From positions 481,323 through 545,322 of the IMG/VR virus record IMGVR_UViG_3300037484_000435: a DNA stretch of 64,000 nt; one strand, given 5' to 3'. Made by a program: the position numbers and the translations under genes. Positions 18,843 to 32,800 of the stretch are shown piece after piece. Within the stretch, counting starts at the first letter, position 1. Each line of letters starts with the position of its first letter. Source of the DNA: a virus. Its lineage: Duplodnaviria; Caudoviricetes. The notes beneath the pieces were generated by a model. That model saw nothing but the letters and a program-made list of their open reading frames with translations, was not told where the DNA came from and ran no database searches.

Positions 18843-19748
18843 ATGACTGAGCAATTAGTTTGTTTACGCGCTGACTCATGTGATCGGGGATGTTTCCACA
18901 AGCATCCACATGCACAGAACGAATGGTGTGGTAGGCAATGTCCAGACCATGATGAGGCAGAGTGTATACCGCTCCCCCTCACTCTACTACATGATGACGT
19001 GGAGGAAACAGATGAGTGAAGTTAGAATAATATGCTCACAAGTAGACAAATGTGGTAGACATTGCTCCCACAGGCATTTACATCTCGAAGTAATTAACTG
19101 CACACAAGAAGCATGTCCTAATTTTGACGGACAGGCTCTCTGTATCGTAGCTGAACCTACATTCTTGGGCGACCTTGTGGGGAGGAAGAGGATTAACATG
19201 CAAGTGATATGCCCTAAAGCTAATAGATGTAAAATTGGATTCTGTATACACAAAGTTCCCCATTTAGAGACGCCCGACTGTTTTAGGGGGTGTGCTAGCG
19301 AGGGAGCAGGCGCGTGTGTAGAACCAAAAACTACTTTTCTAGATGACTACACAGAGGAAGAGGATGGGTAATATGAAAGTAATTTGTGCGGAGGCAAGTT
19401 CGTGCAGATTCACATGTGTTCATAAACTTGCACACTACAAGCTATTCGATTGTAATGATAACTGTGACAATCATCCTAATGGCGTTGGTGCATGTATAAT
19501 AGTGGAGGGGTTTCCAACCATACTTTATGATGAAATAGAGGAGGAAGATGAGTAACGTACCCATAAAAACGGTAACCTGTCCCCGTGGTCACTCTTGTTA
19601 TGTAGTAAGGTGTAAGCACCAAGGACCACATTATGAAATAACAGCCGTGTGCTCCCAGAAGCGTAATGTTTGTACTGGTGCCATAGCAACAGGTATAGAA
19701 TGTAAACTTGCCCTGTTGGGCGACGAAATAGAGGAGGAAGATGGATAG
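18843..19748 (+). repeat. Tandem array of five paralogous ~55-65 aa Cys6His2 domains in four ORFs (18843-19019, 19012-19371, 19373-19555, 19548-19748)
   Basis: Shared pattern C-x5-C-x3/4-C-x-H-x3-H-x5/6-C-x3/6-C-x7/9-C then an acidic tail; overlapping stop/start junctions. Confidence 0.85.
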
Positions 19749-20391
19749 AATTAAATATCCGAGAACTCCCCACCTTCCTTGGTCTAGGGGGGCAACCAAT
19801 GATGATAGGGTGTTGTCCTCAGTAGACCACTTTGAAGGGAAGGAAATTGTTATAACAGAAAAGTGTGACGGGGAAAATTTTTCTCTCTACCGAGATTATT
19901 GTCATCCTCGTTCTACTACCTACTCCCCACACCCATCGCGGGATTGGATTAAGAAATTTCATGCACAAATACGACACGAAATACCAGAGGGATGGAGGGT
20001 CTGTGGAGAGAATTTGTTTGCAAAGCACTCAATTCATTATCGAAATCTTCATTCTTATTTTTATGCATACTCTATCTGGGATGACCAAAATATGGCACTC
20101 AGTTGGGACGAGACTACAGAATACTGTGAACTCATCGGAATCAGAACGGTCCCTCTTATACATAGAGGACTATTCCGAGAGGATAAGACAAGACATCTTC
20201 TATCAAGAGCAGTGGATTTTGAGGCTGTTGAAGGATACGTCATCAGATTGGCTTCATCTTTTGCTTTCAAAGATTTTTCTACGTCGGTAGCAAAATATGT
20301 ACGTGCCCGTCATGTACAGACGGATGACCACTGGATGTATCAGCCAGTAATCCCCAATTTATTAATGGAGAATAATGAGACCACCCAATGA
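19741..20391 (+). CDS. RNA ligase family protein
   Basis: KYPRTPHLPWS, motif I ITEKCDGEN, CGENLFAKHSIHY, EGYVIR, KYVR..HVQTD.HW. Confidence 0.85.
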   Translation: MDRIKYPRTPHLPWSRGATNDDRVLSSVDHFEGKEIVITEKCDGENFSLYRDYCHPRSTTYSPHPSRDWIKKFHAQIRHEIPEGWRVCGENLFAKHSIHYRNLHSYFYAYSIWDDQNMALSWDETTEYCELIGIRTVPLIHRGLFREDKTRHLLSRAVDFEAVEGYVIRLASSFAFKDFSTSVAKYVRARHVQTDDHWMYQPVIPNLLMENNETTQ

Positions 20392-23300
20392 AACACTACA
20401 GATAATTGAAAAAGAAATCACACACTGTGAGGAGTTTTGTAACCAATTCGACCGTTGTGCAAAGAGGGGAGAGCCCTTTAATCCCGATGTATTTAAGTAT
20501 TGGATTAACAAGCTTGCAATGCTAGAAGCATTTAAAGAAGTCATTTTAGGTAATAGAGATGACCTAGGAGGACTTAACCAAAATTTATTTGAAAGGAATC
20601 GAAATGCCTGAACTAACTAAAGAAGAATGGTTGGCATTGGCAAACTGCGTTTCTTCTGGGGAGATAGCTTTCAAAAAGCCCCTCAATGAATTAGTAAAAG
20701 AAATGCAGGTGTTGGATAAAGAAAATGAAATGCCTAGGCTACAGTGTTGTTTTACCACTGCAGGTAAATTCTTAATGGACAATTTCAAACCCGAGTGGAC
20801 TGAATAATAAAATTAGCTATAATAGAAGGAAAACAAAATGGAGACATCACCCTATGATTATTTGTTGTCGAATGCTATGTCCGTTTTGTCTGGAGACCAC
20901 GGGGCAGAGATACTCGCTGGTTTTTCTACCCAAGTTGGTTTCCTTAAAGAAGTGTGCAAAAATTGTTTAATTGATTGTTACGGATGTATTGAAGATTGCC
21001 CCCACCCAGAGTGCTGGCCTGACGAAACAATTATGTTTAGCCCCACCCAAGAGCGTGTGGCTCTAGAGGGGTTCGTTTTTGGTACAGGAGAGGACAGGGG
21101 AAAAATGGCAGGCTATTTAATTGTCCGAGACAAAAAAGAAAATAAAATTTATTCCCGACCGTGCGTAATTACTTTACCGCGTGATAATTAATTTCTTAGT
21201 AAAGACATCTAGTTATTAACTTTATTTTTTAGAGATGGATTTGTGTACTATATTAGTACTAGACGTCCAACAGGAAAACCTAGTTATTATCTAACAAGGG
21301 AAATTTTATTTTTTAATTAATAAAATTCCCTGAGAGGTTCGAGGGTAATACATAACAGAGTGCCGAGGAGCTCTCGCAGGTTTACTATTACAAATGACAT
21401 TTCTTGAAGTAATGACACAATTTATTATCCCTGAACGTAACACAGAAATTAAACGTGAAAAGTGGGATGAAAAGGAATGGTGGCATCTAAGTTCATATAA
21501 AATATACCACTTAACAAAAGAAGACATGGAAGCCACTGATTGGGAAATAAGGGAACGTAGACAGTGAAATTAAATATTGCTGTTAAAGAAAGAAAAGACC
21601 AGAGTCGCTGGGATTGTTTAGGTAAGGTGACCAAAGAATTACAGCGAGAAATAAAATCCAGAAATTTCAAAAATGAGGACTCTCTAGAAATGTCATTCGA
21701 CTCTTTGTGTATTGATGTGAGTATGCGTTTAGGAATAAACTTTGACATTATTGATGGGGAGTATATTTTTGATTTCACAAATTTGTGGAGTAACCGAAAT
21801 GAAACACAGGTTAACCATTGATGTTGGTTTGAGTATAGAGGATGACGACCTATCACAACGTGCTTTTACAGATTTGGTCTTGGTCGAAAGTGAATTTGAG
21901 GATAGACTACGAGAGGCTATAATGGGGTCTCTGTTACAATTGTTCAAATCAGTAAAAGTGGAGGACCTACAAATTTATTAATGTCTAAAGAAATCGAAAT
22001 AGTTGATAGGCATGCTTATCAAGAATTTATTTATTGTCCTTATTGCGGACATTGGCACGGGCAAGTCTCTGGGTGGGAAAACTGGGGAATGGTTTTTCAC
22101 GTAATATGCGAGAGATGCTCCTATGCTTTTGTGGTCAGCATTATACAGCTGGTGGTGCTGGATGAGGGAGACCGAGCGTGGTTAGGTATAGGGTTTGACT
22201 CAGAGCGGGATGACACACACTTTTTTAATCGAGACCAGTCGTTCAGTCCCACGGGAAGATTAGTAAAACACAACCCCCCTATACAAAATATTGCTAGGTC
22301 TCTCGCGGACGAACTCGATAAATTACTTTGGAGGTAAACATATGGTAGCACGTTGTAAGAAATGTGGCGAGCTGATTTGGGTGACTGCGGAAGAGGTAGT
22401 TGCCAGAAAGATTCTTAAGTGCGGACATTGTAATTTTCTAAACGAAAACCCCAGTTTCGATTCGATCCATGATTTTATCGAAGCCAATTCCCATCTGGAC
22501 GAGGAAGACCGCTAAGAGGAAACATATGAAAATCCCTAAATCACCAAAAGATGCGTTGAAAAAGAAATGGGCCACCAAAGCTAGTAAACTATTGGTGGGC
22601 AAGAAAATAGTAAGTGTAGAATATATGAACACAGCCGATCTAGAGGAGCTGGATTGGTACCGTGCCTCGCTGGTTATTACTCTGGATGACGGGACCAGTA
22701 TCTACCCATCCCAAGATGATGAGGGTAATGGTCCTGGGTCACTTTTCACCACAGATGAGAAGCTCCCAATAATCCCTGTGGTATGAACAGGAGCTACCAC
22801 GTATGAGTAAAATATACAGCATAGAAATAGAAACTCACCCAAGCATTGGCATGCGGGATGTTTCTGAGATTGTGGACGAGTGTATGTCGACCCTATACCC
22901 AACAATAGCAACCCATGTCAGGTTACTAGATATTACTGAGCGTGAAATTCCTGACGAGTTCGTCCTACGAGATATAGAGGAAGAATAATGGACAACATCT
23001 TTAGGACTTTCAAGAATGACCCTATGTGGTTTTGGTCTACGGACTTGTGCGACGTGGAGATGACATGCTCGGCGTGTCAAAAGAAAATTAAATTGGAGAG
23101 CAGATTCATTAAACCCCTGCTTCCTAAGAAAATCACATGTCCTTATTGTGACACAGTGCACGAAATACAGGGAATAGAAGACCCTAAATGACCCACCATC
23201 AATGAGGAGGATTGATGTTATCAGAACAAGACAAGAAAGTGTTGACAAAAGCTTTCAATCAAATACACAAGGAACTCGAAGTTATAAGGACTTTAACGGA

Positions 23301-26300
23301 TTCCCTTGATGATGAAGTCGCCACCGAAATAACAAAAGAGCTAGAGTTTAACTTGTTAGCCCCCATCAGGCGGTTACGGGCCCACCTAGATATCCCCTTC
23401 GATTAGGAATGGTAAATGCCGAAATTGCTAAGAAGAATGGGGCTCGCTGAACTAATTCTTAACAGAAGCCCCGTCACAATAAAACAAATTAAGGATAATG
23501 ATTCTTACTCGTTCGATAACACTATCATCGAGAATTTAGAGATTACCCAAGACAGAGCGTGCGGCTGCTACCACTTAAGGGGTCAAGAACATCTACACAA
23601 ATTTGTGTGGGGAGACCTACATAACTCTGAAGTAACGGATTTAGAAATCATAAAAACCGTGGATGAAGAATTTGTAAAAGAGTATAATGGGAAAGGTTGG
23701 TTCTCCCCCGCTAACTACAAATACGTGAAAGGGTGGGTTCGCCTAAAGCAACGTAAACTTTTCAGTGCCACACTCTGTGGTGAGCTTTTAATTATTGATT
23801 AGAAAGGAAAACAGGATGTGTATACCACCGGTTTCAGACATCATAAAGGAAAACCCCAACCAAGTACAGAAATTGGTTAACGCGGGGCGAAGAAGGTTAA
23901 TGGAGGAGCACCTGTTCAAATACGGCAAGTCCCCCAAACCAGGAAACAAGTATGAATTATGCTCTTGGGAATTCACCAACAGGGATAAAATGACTAAAGA
24001 ATTTATTGAAGAGGTCCTACAACAATTGACACAAGAATTACTAGCTCTCGGTTACTTAGTTACAAGGGGAACCTATAATCACACAAATATTTACGGGCAA
24101 ACATATGACAAGAGCCCCACACTTATTATTGAGGTGCCAATAAAATGATACTGCGAATTGAAATAGGAGGAATGGCTAAAGAGAAGTCGGCTATAGACAA
24201 AGCGAAACAGGTCTTAGATGGAATCGATTGGCTTGAGCTGATTGGGGAAGAGGTAAGGGAAATTTCTCCCTTCAAGAAGGCAATTGAGGGTGTGTATGTA
24301 AACACAAACGTGGATGGTTACAACGGGACTAGATAGAGACACAACCGCAAATTAAGGTACGAAAATGGATTTATATTGTCAAAAATGTGGTGAACCGTGG
24401 GATATGGATTCCCTATGGGACTTTGAGGAAGATGATTACAAAGGTGCACGTAAGGACTTTATTAAAGGTAAAGGCTGTCCATCGTGCTCTTGGGGAAGTA
24501 AAGCCCCCGCCAAAGCTCCTTCGGAAGCCAGAGCGACAGCAATGCTCGTGGGTGTGCTCGGGGATGATATTGATGGTGTAGCGTGCGAACTGGAGGACCT
24601 AGAATACTTTGGTCGGATGGGAGATTTTTAACCATATGAATGTGAAGGACAAAAAAGAGGAACTCCAAGAAAAAATCCGTGAGTATCAGGCAGAACTCCA
24701 AAGTGTGGAATCTATTGAGGACGACATTCCTGACTTAGAAACAGGTTATGATAGGTGGTCTCACGAATACTATACAGCCAAATCAGTAAATACCCGAGTG
24801 ACTAACGCTCTCTTTAAACATAGTTGTGGTTGCTGTGATGACGCACCACTTCGAATGTGGCCTTATGTTATTCTTGAGGGAAAACAAATATACTCTTCCC
24901 CAATGTACTTCACAATAGGGGAACAGTGCCCCAACTGTTTTGAGAACGTAGCTTACAGCGGGTGGGAAGAGGAGTTACACAAAGCCGGTATACCTGAATC
25001 TGTCATAGACATAGGCCGTAATTATTTCAAAGAGAACGGTTGTGATGGCCATTGTTATGATGACGACGAGGATTAATCAGAATGATAATCTATGAATGCT
25101 GGAACTGTGGGCGGAAGTTAGAAGAGGATGACGACAAAGAAGAAGTCACCGAAAGTAGCGAGATGAACTTCTGCCACGCAAAATGTGCCGAGGATTGGCT
25201 GTTCGACGATGAGGACGAAGAGGAATACTATGGTAGATGAGGGAAGTGGAATATTTTGTTGCAATTGTGACAAGGAAGTTGATGAAAAAGACGTCATCAT
25301 GATGGACTTCGGGGCTATTTATGAGTTTTGCAGTGAAGATTGTTTTTTCGCCTGGGATGCAGATAGACTCGGGAGCATGATAGACGATGCACATGAGAGG
25401 GCTAGAGATGGTAGACTATCCGACCCCCGCTGATTATAAGCAGGAATGCAACACAAACTACAATGATGAAGAACCTCACTTTTGTCGAGGGTGCCACGAA
25501 GAAATCGAGGACTGGGATGAGGCGCAAGAGAGGAACTGGAGAGGTGAGTGTTATCTCTTCTGTTGTTATGATTGTGCTGAGGATACGCCCATAGACTGGA
25601 TGGACGAGGAACGCTCAATGGACTATGACCCTCAAGACAGCTATAATCTGTGCGACTTCAGGGACCCGGGCGGCCGGTCTGCCTTAAGGAATGGCCCCCG
25701 CATCTATCCGTGTCCTAATTGCGGAGAACCAAACATGTTAACCCCAGCAGACAAAGCACACGGTTATCAGTGCGATGCCTGCGCCGACCAATTGGAAAGA
25801 GGTTGGTAATGAAAAAGTTGGGATTTTGTCACACGTGTAAACAGTGGTATGATCTAGGTAAGAGCAGTTGGCTACCGGATCACAATAAGCCTGGTGGCGA
25901 GAAATGTCCAGACTCTAAGTATAGCCACTGGGGCCTTAAATATCAACTTGAAAACAGGGCTGACGCTATAAAGATGGCCAAAATAATAGCAAGTGACAAA
26001 GGTGGCTGTCTGGAGAGCGGTGGCGGCCTGCATTCCATGGGGTGTGGTGACGGTGATCACTGTGACGCAACAAGGCTCAGAAGGTCCCAAGCACTGGCTG
26101 ATTACTTCTTAGCCAACAACAAAAAGGAATAAACTATGGAATGTCCTGAATGTGGGTCTCCTTATGTAGGAGACAGGTGGATGTCTGGAAGAAGACTTCA
26201 GAGGCACTGCGAGGACTGTAGCTGGAAAGAAGCACCGCGCACGCCAGAAATACAACCAATTGAAAATAAGAGGTTCATCGCAGCCAACCAATTCTCTGGT

Positions 26301-29300
26301 TTTCACTACGAAATCTACGATAGGTATGGACACGCGGTAATATTTTCAAGATCTCACGAAACAGCCGAGAAAGCAAGAGCTGAACTACTTAAAGATCTCG
26401 GCAAACTGAACCGACACCCCAACTATGCTCCCTGTACGGGCATCCTCTGGCCTGCCGTGGTAGAGGTAGTTGGGGAAGTAGTTCGAGCGAATGAGGAAAC
26501 AATATGAATAATAAACAGTTCACACAATTTCTTGCTAGAATAGCGAGATTTCCTAACTCACAGATTTGGATATCCGCTAACCCACATGAGGAACAGACAT
26601 TAGCCTCGTGTTATATCTACCCAGTGTATGACGGAACATGGGCAATTTACAATCCCTGTGGAGTAACAAGATTTCCCTGCATGCAGGGGCCTCCTGGGGT
26701 GGAAGGCCTGAGCTTGGAAGAGGTGTTTGAGTGGGTTGTAGATAAGGAAACGTGTAAAGAAGGGCTACACAAAATGCTTCAATCCAAGTTAATGGAGTTG
26801 CAGAAAGCAAAAGAAGCAGAGAGTTATATAGGTGGGTTGTGATGGAATGCCCTATTTGTGGAAGAAGTGATGTGTTTGAAGATACAACTGTGTGGTGCGA
26901 TAATTGTAAGGAATGGGTAGACATAGAAGATTACCACACAACACTGGAGCAAGAGAACCTGAGGTTAAGAGAAGAAAACGAAAAACTCCAAAGTGAGATA
27001 GACTTCCTGCATGAGCAGGCCGCGGGGGCAAGTATATGACTAGGGAAGTGAAATAAAATGCGTGTAATAGAAACTTCAAACAAACATCCAGAGGATAACT
27101 GGCTTGTTCAACCATGTGAGTCTTGCGGGCAACCAGTGTCCACATGTAAAGTGTGGGAGCACGCCCCCATGATACCTCATTTGGTTCGTATGTTGCACTG
27201 GGTAAAGTGTCCCAGTTGCGGAATACTCAATTGGATGGAGGACCCAGATGTGCCTAGATGCTGACGATTACTGCCCATACGAAAATTTGAGCGAAGAGGA
27301 GAAGAGGTTGTGGGAAGAGTCTCAACACTATTGGGAAGGCCAGAAAGCACTTATGCCAGACATATGTGATATGTTTGCCCGCACCCTGCTCAACGAACTG
27401 CCCTTAGACACGGTGGTTTGGAAAACCTCTGGCACCCACATTTGGACAGCTGCAGAGTTAGCACAAGAGGTTCTCAATAGAACGGATGTTGGGGTGCAGT
27501 ATGTCTTTGATGTGCTTAGGGTAGCTAGGGACATAATAAAAAGGAAAGCAGATGCCTAAATGCAACGAATGCGGGCAGGAAATGCCCAAGAAGCTCAAAA
27601 AACCAAAGATAAATAAATTCAAAGGGTCGGAGGAGGATTGGCTAAAAGCTGCGGCTATTCTCGCCTTCAGTTATGTTCCGACGATTTACCACTGTGAACA
27701 TTGTGAGTATCCCGTTGTTGATGGATACTGTTGTACAAACTGTGATTCAGAAAACCCAGGAGACTCGGACAGTGATGGAGAAAGCACACACTATCTATTT
27801 TCATGGCCCGAGGAGTAGACAATGTTACACGCAGAATTGCTGGATAATGCTTGTGCATGGGTTGGTTTCAGTGGAACACTCCGCTCCAATGAGTGGACAT
27901 TAGAAACTTTTGGGGAGAAAGACCCTGTACGTTATCCATGTATAGTCGTAACCAATAAGGAATTCGGTCCAGACCAAAGGGGAATTATGCATTACATCTT
28001 TATTTACTTAACAGATTTTTCTGTGGATTACCCCGTCGCGGGACAGTTGTGGAAACAGGCTTAGTTATGAAAATATATCAAATAATTAAGAATTGGACAA
28101 CCTACGCCGACGCTTATTCTCGTGACCAGCGGCCCGAAAGCGGCCATTATGTAGTTAAAACATTTAAGAGCCGAGAAAAAGCAGAAGCATACAAAGAGAA
28201 ATGTGAAGAAGAGCCTTACTACGGTGGATATCACACCTTCGAAATTGAAGAAATTAACGTGACAGAATAAAGGACCACAAAATGAGAAAACTTGTAATGA
28301 AACCAGATAATTGGGTATGCACGTTAGAGGAGTGTCCGCCTGGATTCTTTGTCGTGGGAAAAAATTTGTGTTTCAAAACAGAATACCGCAAAGAAAACGG
28401 ACAAGTGAGGGCATTTAATGAGGCTGGAGAGTATTTCTGTAGTGAAGACGACAGAAAAGTAATGGTTCAACCAGTAGTGCCTGAATGGGAGGAGTAGGGT
28501 GGCCAAGAAATTTTCTGAGCTAGAAAACAAAATGTCTCCTGAATCAAAGGCCCGCTCCGATGCAAAGTTAGAAGAGTTGAACCAAGAAATGGAAGCACCT
28601 TTTGGGCGGGCGGAAGGCAACGACCAAGAGCATTTCCGTGAGGCTACTTGTGAGGATGCCCTCGAAGCAATCTGGTTGGCGTGGAAGAAAAATGTAAGTG
28701 ATGACGCTGTTTATGACACAGCAAATGAACAGGTAAATGTGCGTGTTAATCGCTACGTTTCTTTCCGAGCTTACGCAAAGCATGAGTCTTACAAGACTAC
28801 AATAATAATCGAGCAATATTGAAATGCCAAAAAAGAAAAAGAAATACAATATACCCGTGGGGTCTCTCGTAGCTGTTAAATCGTACGAGGGTATACAACT
28901 ACGGGTTCTAGAACACTCAACGGATGATTTAGACCAGCCTGTGTATGTGTTGGGAATTCTGGGACTTACAAACCCAGATTTTGAGCATATAGGTTACTCT
29001 GAGGATAGCCTGATACTATTGGAACTACCTCCAGAAGAACCTAAACCACCTAAAGTAAAGAAATTTAAAGGGAGCAACCGAGCTTGGGATAAGGTAGCGT
29101 CTGAGCTGGCCCGTTCTTATGCTCCTGAAATTTATCACTGTGGAACCTGTGGTTATCCGGTGGCCAGAGGTTACATCTGTGTGTTTTGTAACAGTCACAA
29201 CCCAGAGGTAGGAGGATGGTAATGAATGCACAAGAAACTTACGGAAAGAAACGTATCCTCGCGATGCAATGTAGTCAAGAGGATGTAGCTCGTGTTCGTA

Positions 29301-29569
29301 TACTTCTTGAGAAGCTCAGACTCAACACACAAGAGCAACTATTACTTCTACAGGAAAATCAGTTAGATAAATTTGGTTCCCACATTCTAACGAACGCATG
29401 GTTGGACGCGGGAGCTAGTCTAGAATTATATCCCGAGCGTCTACTGAAAAGCCTAGAGTATTCTATTGCGGAGCTCTTGAGGAGCTTAGAGAAGTTTAAA
29501 GAACTGGTAGAGGTGGTGGATGACTTCGCAACTCTTGACGAGGAAACAATTCAAAGCAAAAGTGTTTGA
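20375..29569 (+). other. Dense block of about 35 small hypothetical CDS, many with CxxC zinc ribbons
   Basis: Consecutive RBS-preceded or overlapping ORFs of 57-155 aa, including an untracked 57-aa DUF2829-like ORF at 21394-21567. Confidence 0.65.
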
Positions 29570-29831
29570 GAGGGACAACCACAAGTGCGTTGTGTGCGGG
29601 GCTCCAGCAGTAGACGCCCACCATATAATCGATCGTAAATCATGGCTAGACGGGGGCTATTATCTGGATAATGGTGTGTCCCTTTGTGGAAAACATCATT
29701 GGGACGCCGAACTCAATAAAATCCTGCCTGATGAGTTAAGGCAAATTATCGGAGTAGCTTGCTTACTTCCTCCTGATTTAGAACCTGGTTTCTCCTATGA
29801 TAAATGGGGAAACAGAATACCTACGGAGTAA
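29520..29831 (+). CDS. Small HNH endonuclease
   Basis: VFERDNHKCVVCG...DAHHIIDR...NGVSLCGKHH. Confidence 0.8.
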   Translation: MTSQLLTRKQFKAKVFERDNHKCVVCGAPAVDAHHIIDRKSWLDGGYYLDNGVSLCGKHHWDAELNKILPDELRQIIGVACLLPPDLEPGFSYDKWGNRIPTE

Positions 29832-32800
29832 ATCTATGAATTTCGTTGAGGCTTTAAAAATGTGGGTAGCGTGTGGTCTTCTTAACAACGCCATCACAAA
29901 CAGTACAGAAAGCACTCCTAGACATTACTATGTGCACAGTGGGGGCTTTATGCATTCATGTTATTCTAGTGGTGAAACCGGTAATGCTTTGGCACTTTAC
30001 GCAGAAGAGTTGATTGAGGACAACTGGAAAGTCATTCCAGTATGCCCTGTTTGTTATAAACCAGTACGCCCACATGAGGTTGGTTATCCTTCAGACATGA
30101 TACATGTTCCTAGGTGTGATGGGCAAAAAGTAAGGGCTTGGTTTTGTTGTGAAGACCATAAAGTTTCATTTATGAATACCAAGAACCTAAGTATGGAACA
30201 AACTTATCAGAGACTGGTTCGGGAAGGAAAACGGACTAAATGTCCCCCAACAACAGATTTCTCACCTACAGAACATTCATCCCAAAATTTTGGGGATACT
30301 TTAGGAGAAATCCGAGATATGTTTGTTCAGTTTGCTGCCCAGATGGAACAGATATTGGGTAAGCACCATAAGGTAAGTGACCACGGGTACACCAAGGAAG
30401 TGTGATAATGGAAATTAAAACATTAGAAGTAAGGGACAGAGCAACCTTCATTCCTGTAATCGCAGTGCGGGTTGTCCCACGCAGTTCCTCGGAGAAATAC
30501 TTGTGGAACAGGGCAGGTTTTAATACGGACAGCGGGTCCAGTCTAATCCTGCTAGGAAGGATAAACGACCTACATTTAGAGTTTTTCCCACCTGTTTGGT
30601 CTAACAGAACAATGTCCACAGTACATGAGTATCTACAGAATTCGTGGGACGAGGTGGAGACTGGGCAGGTGCTCGATGTTGAATTCATTCTGGGTGAAAC
30701 GGATAAGCCTAAAACAAGTGAGAGGAAAGATTAATGGCATTAATAGTAGGACCTTCAGGTTATAGTAGAGGTGGTATCATAGAATTTGGGAGATACCAAA
30801 GTGGAGAAATAGCCATTCAAATATTTGGCCCCGATGGAGAGCCCGAGGCCACCGCTACCGTGTCGTTAGTTCCTTACGGAGCCCCCGAGCCAGGCGAACG
30901 TAGCATCTATATCAAGACATGGTCAGAGAATGAAGGGATGTCAGAAGCACTAGTAAAAGCGGGTATTGTGATACTCACAGGCAAGGCAGTCCCCACAGGT
31001 TATTGTATGGCGGATCACGCGATACTTACAGACGTGGCGTGGGAAGAGCTTCAGAGGCAGGAGGGACTCAAATGACTTTCATCGAAGCTATGGAAAAAGT
31101 TCAAAAAGAGGGTGCTTCAGTAAGACCTATCGGGGTATGGTATGAGGGTTATGTGTATGTAACTGTTGTTGGGTCCGAAAACAAACCTACCCTCTTTACC
31201 ACCACAGGAGTTAAAGACTTCGTACCCACATTCTTTGATTTTACTGTGGAGTGGGAGCTTTACGATGATAGGCCTGAAAAACATTACAATGTTGAGATGT
31301 GTCGAATAGGCTATGGTTCCCGCATAATTGTAGTAAAAGCTCGAAGTAGAGAAGAGGCTCAAAATAAGGCCGAAGACCAAGCGGGCGACTATGAATACAA
31401 CGAAAAGCATTCAGAATATGAGGTACAAGGAGTATGGGAAATATAATGATATCAACGGGGCAGGATGTCCTTAAGAAATATTTTGGTGGTGATATTCCTG
31501 GGGTTCGTTACAAGGAAGACGAATACAGAGTTCCTTTGGCTTGTGCCATCGTCCGAGACCTGCCACCCCGAGATGAAGAGTTCGAATATTTCTTAGAGAT
31601 GGGCCGCGGCTATATTGATAGGATATTTGAACAAACTGATTTGGGGCTACCAAAAGATGGTTACATGCACATGGTGTTCCCAGAAAGATGGATGTCCTGT
31701 GTAGAACAACGCTTTATTATTGTTGCTCTCAACAAACACCCACAAGCTAAATTAGTAAAAGGAGTTTACATAATGACATCTTCGCCCATCTTGATCGGAG
31801 AGATGTATGGGGCTGTACGTATGTTGGACTTCCCTGGCAAAAAGAAGCACGTGGACGCGTTTAGTGAGTATAAACCTGCTGTAGAAAAGGACCCATTTGT
31901 GTTATGACCCTACGAGAAGTTAAAACATTAGGCTGTGGGGACGAGGTCTATTGGAATGACCCTGACGCGGGGTCATGTAATAAAATGATAACGATCGGTC
32001 AAGTGTGGGTTATTGGTGAGGTCGTCTGTATACACGGAAAAGATGGTTCCTACTTGGAATGCTTCGCCCACGAGTTATCCTAAGGAGAACACAAATGTGC
32101 TTAGATGCTGATGATTATTGCCCTTACGAGGTACCAGATGCGCAACCGACAAAAAAGGTGGAGCCACAAGGCAGAATTTGGAAATGTCTTGCTTGTGGTA
32201 AGACTTGGAGAAGTACCACATGGCTTGACGACCTCATGAAAATATCTAATATGGACATTTACTGCAAAAAATGTCAAGGTGAACTGGAGGAGGTAATAGA
32301 TGTCTGAAGAGCAAACAAAAGAACGCTTCGAAAAGCTAAAGACGGAGTGGCGGGAAGCCACCTACTTCCACTCCAGCTGTAGTATTATTATGAAACATAA
32401 AGCCTGTCGTGAAATCGCAACGATGGGCACGATAGCAATCCCTTGGATTATCGGCACGATTGAACAGGGGGATACTAGTATAGGTTGGTCCCTGTTGTTA
32501 TCCGAAATCACAGGCATAAGCCCAGATACAACAGGTGGTGTGGACCGAGAAAGTTGGCCGGGAATGGCAGGTTTTAATGTCGCGGGAATGGCCCAATGGT
32601 GGGTTCGTTGGGCACACGAAAAAGAAAAAGGAGAGTTATGAACACAATAACAAAGGTCCGTTTACTGGAAACAGCTTTGATGGAAGTGGACCCAGAGGCC
32701 AAGGTAGACTTTGGCTATAACGCGACTAAGTATCAGTGGCACGCGGGGGCCATAGTAACCCTAGACAAAAAGGGCAATTTAGCAAGTGCAAGTGTTACTG

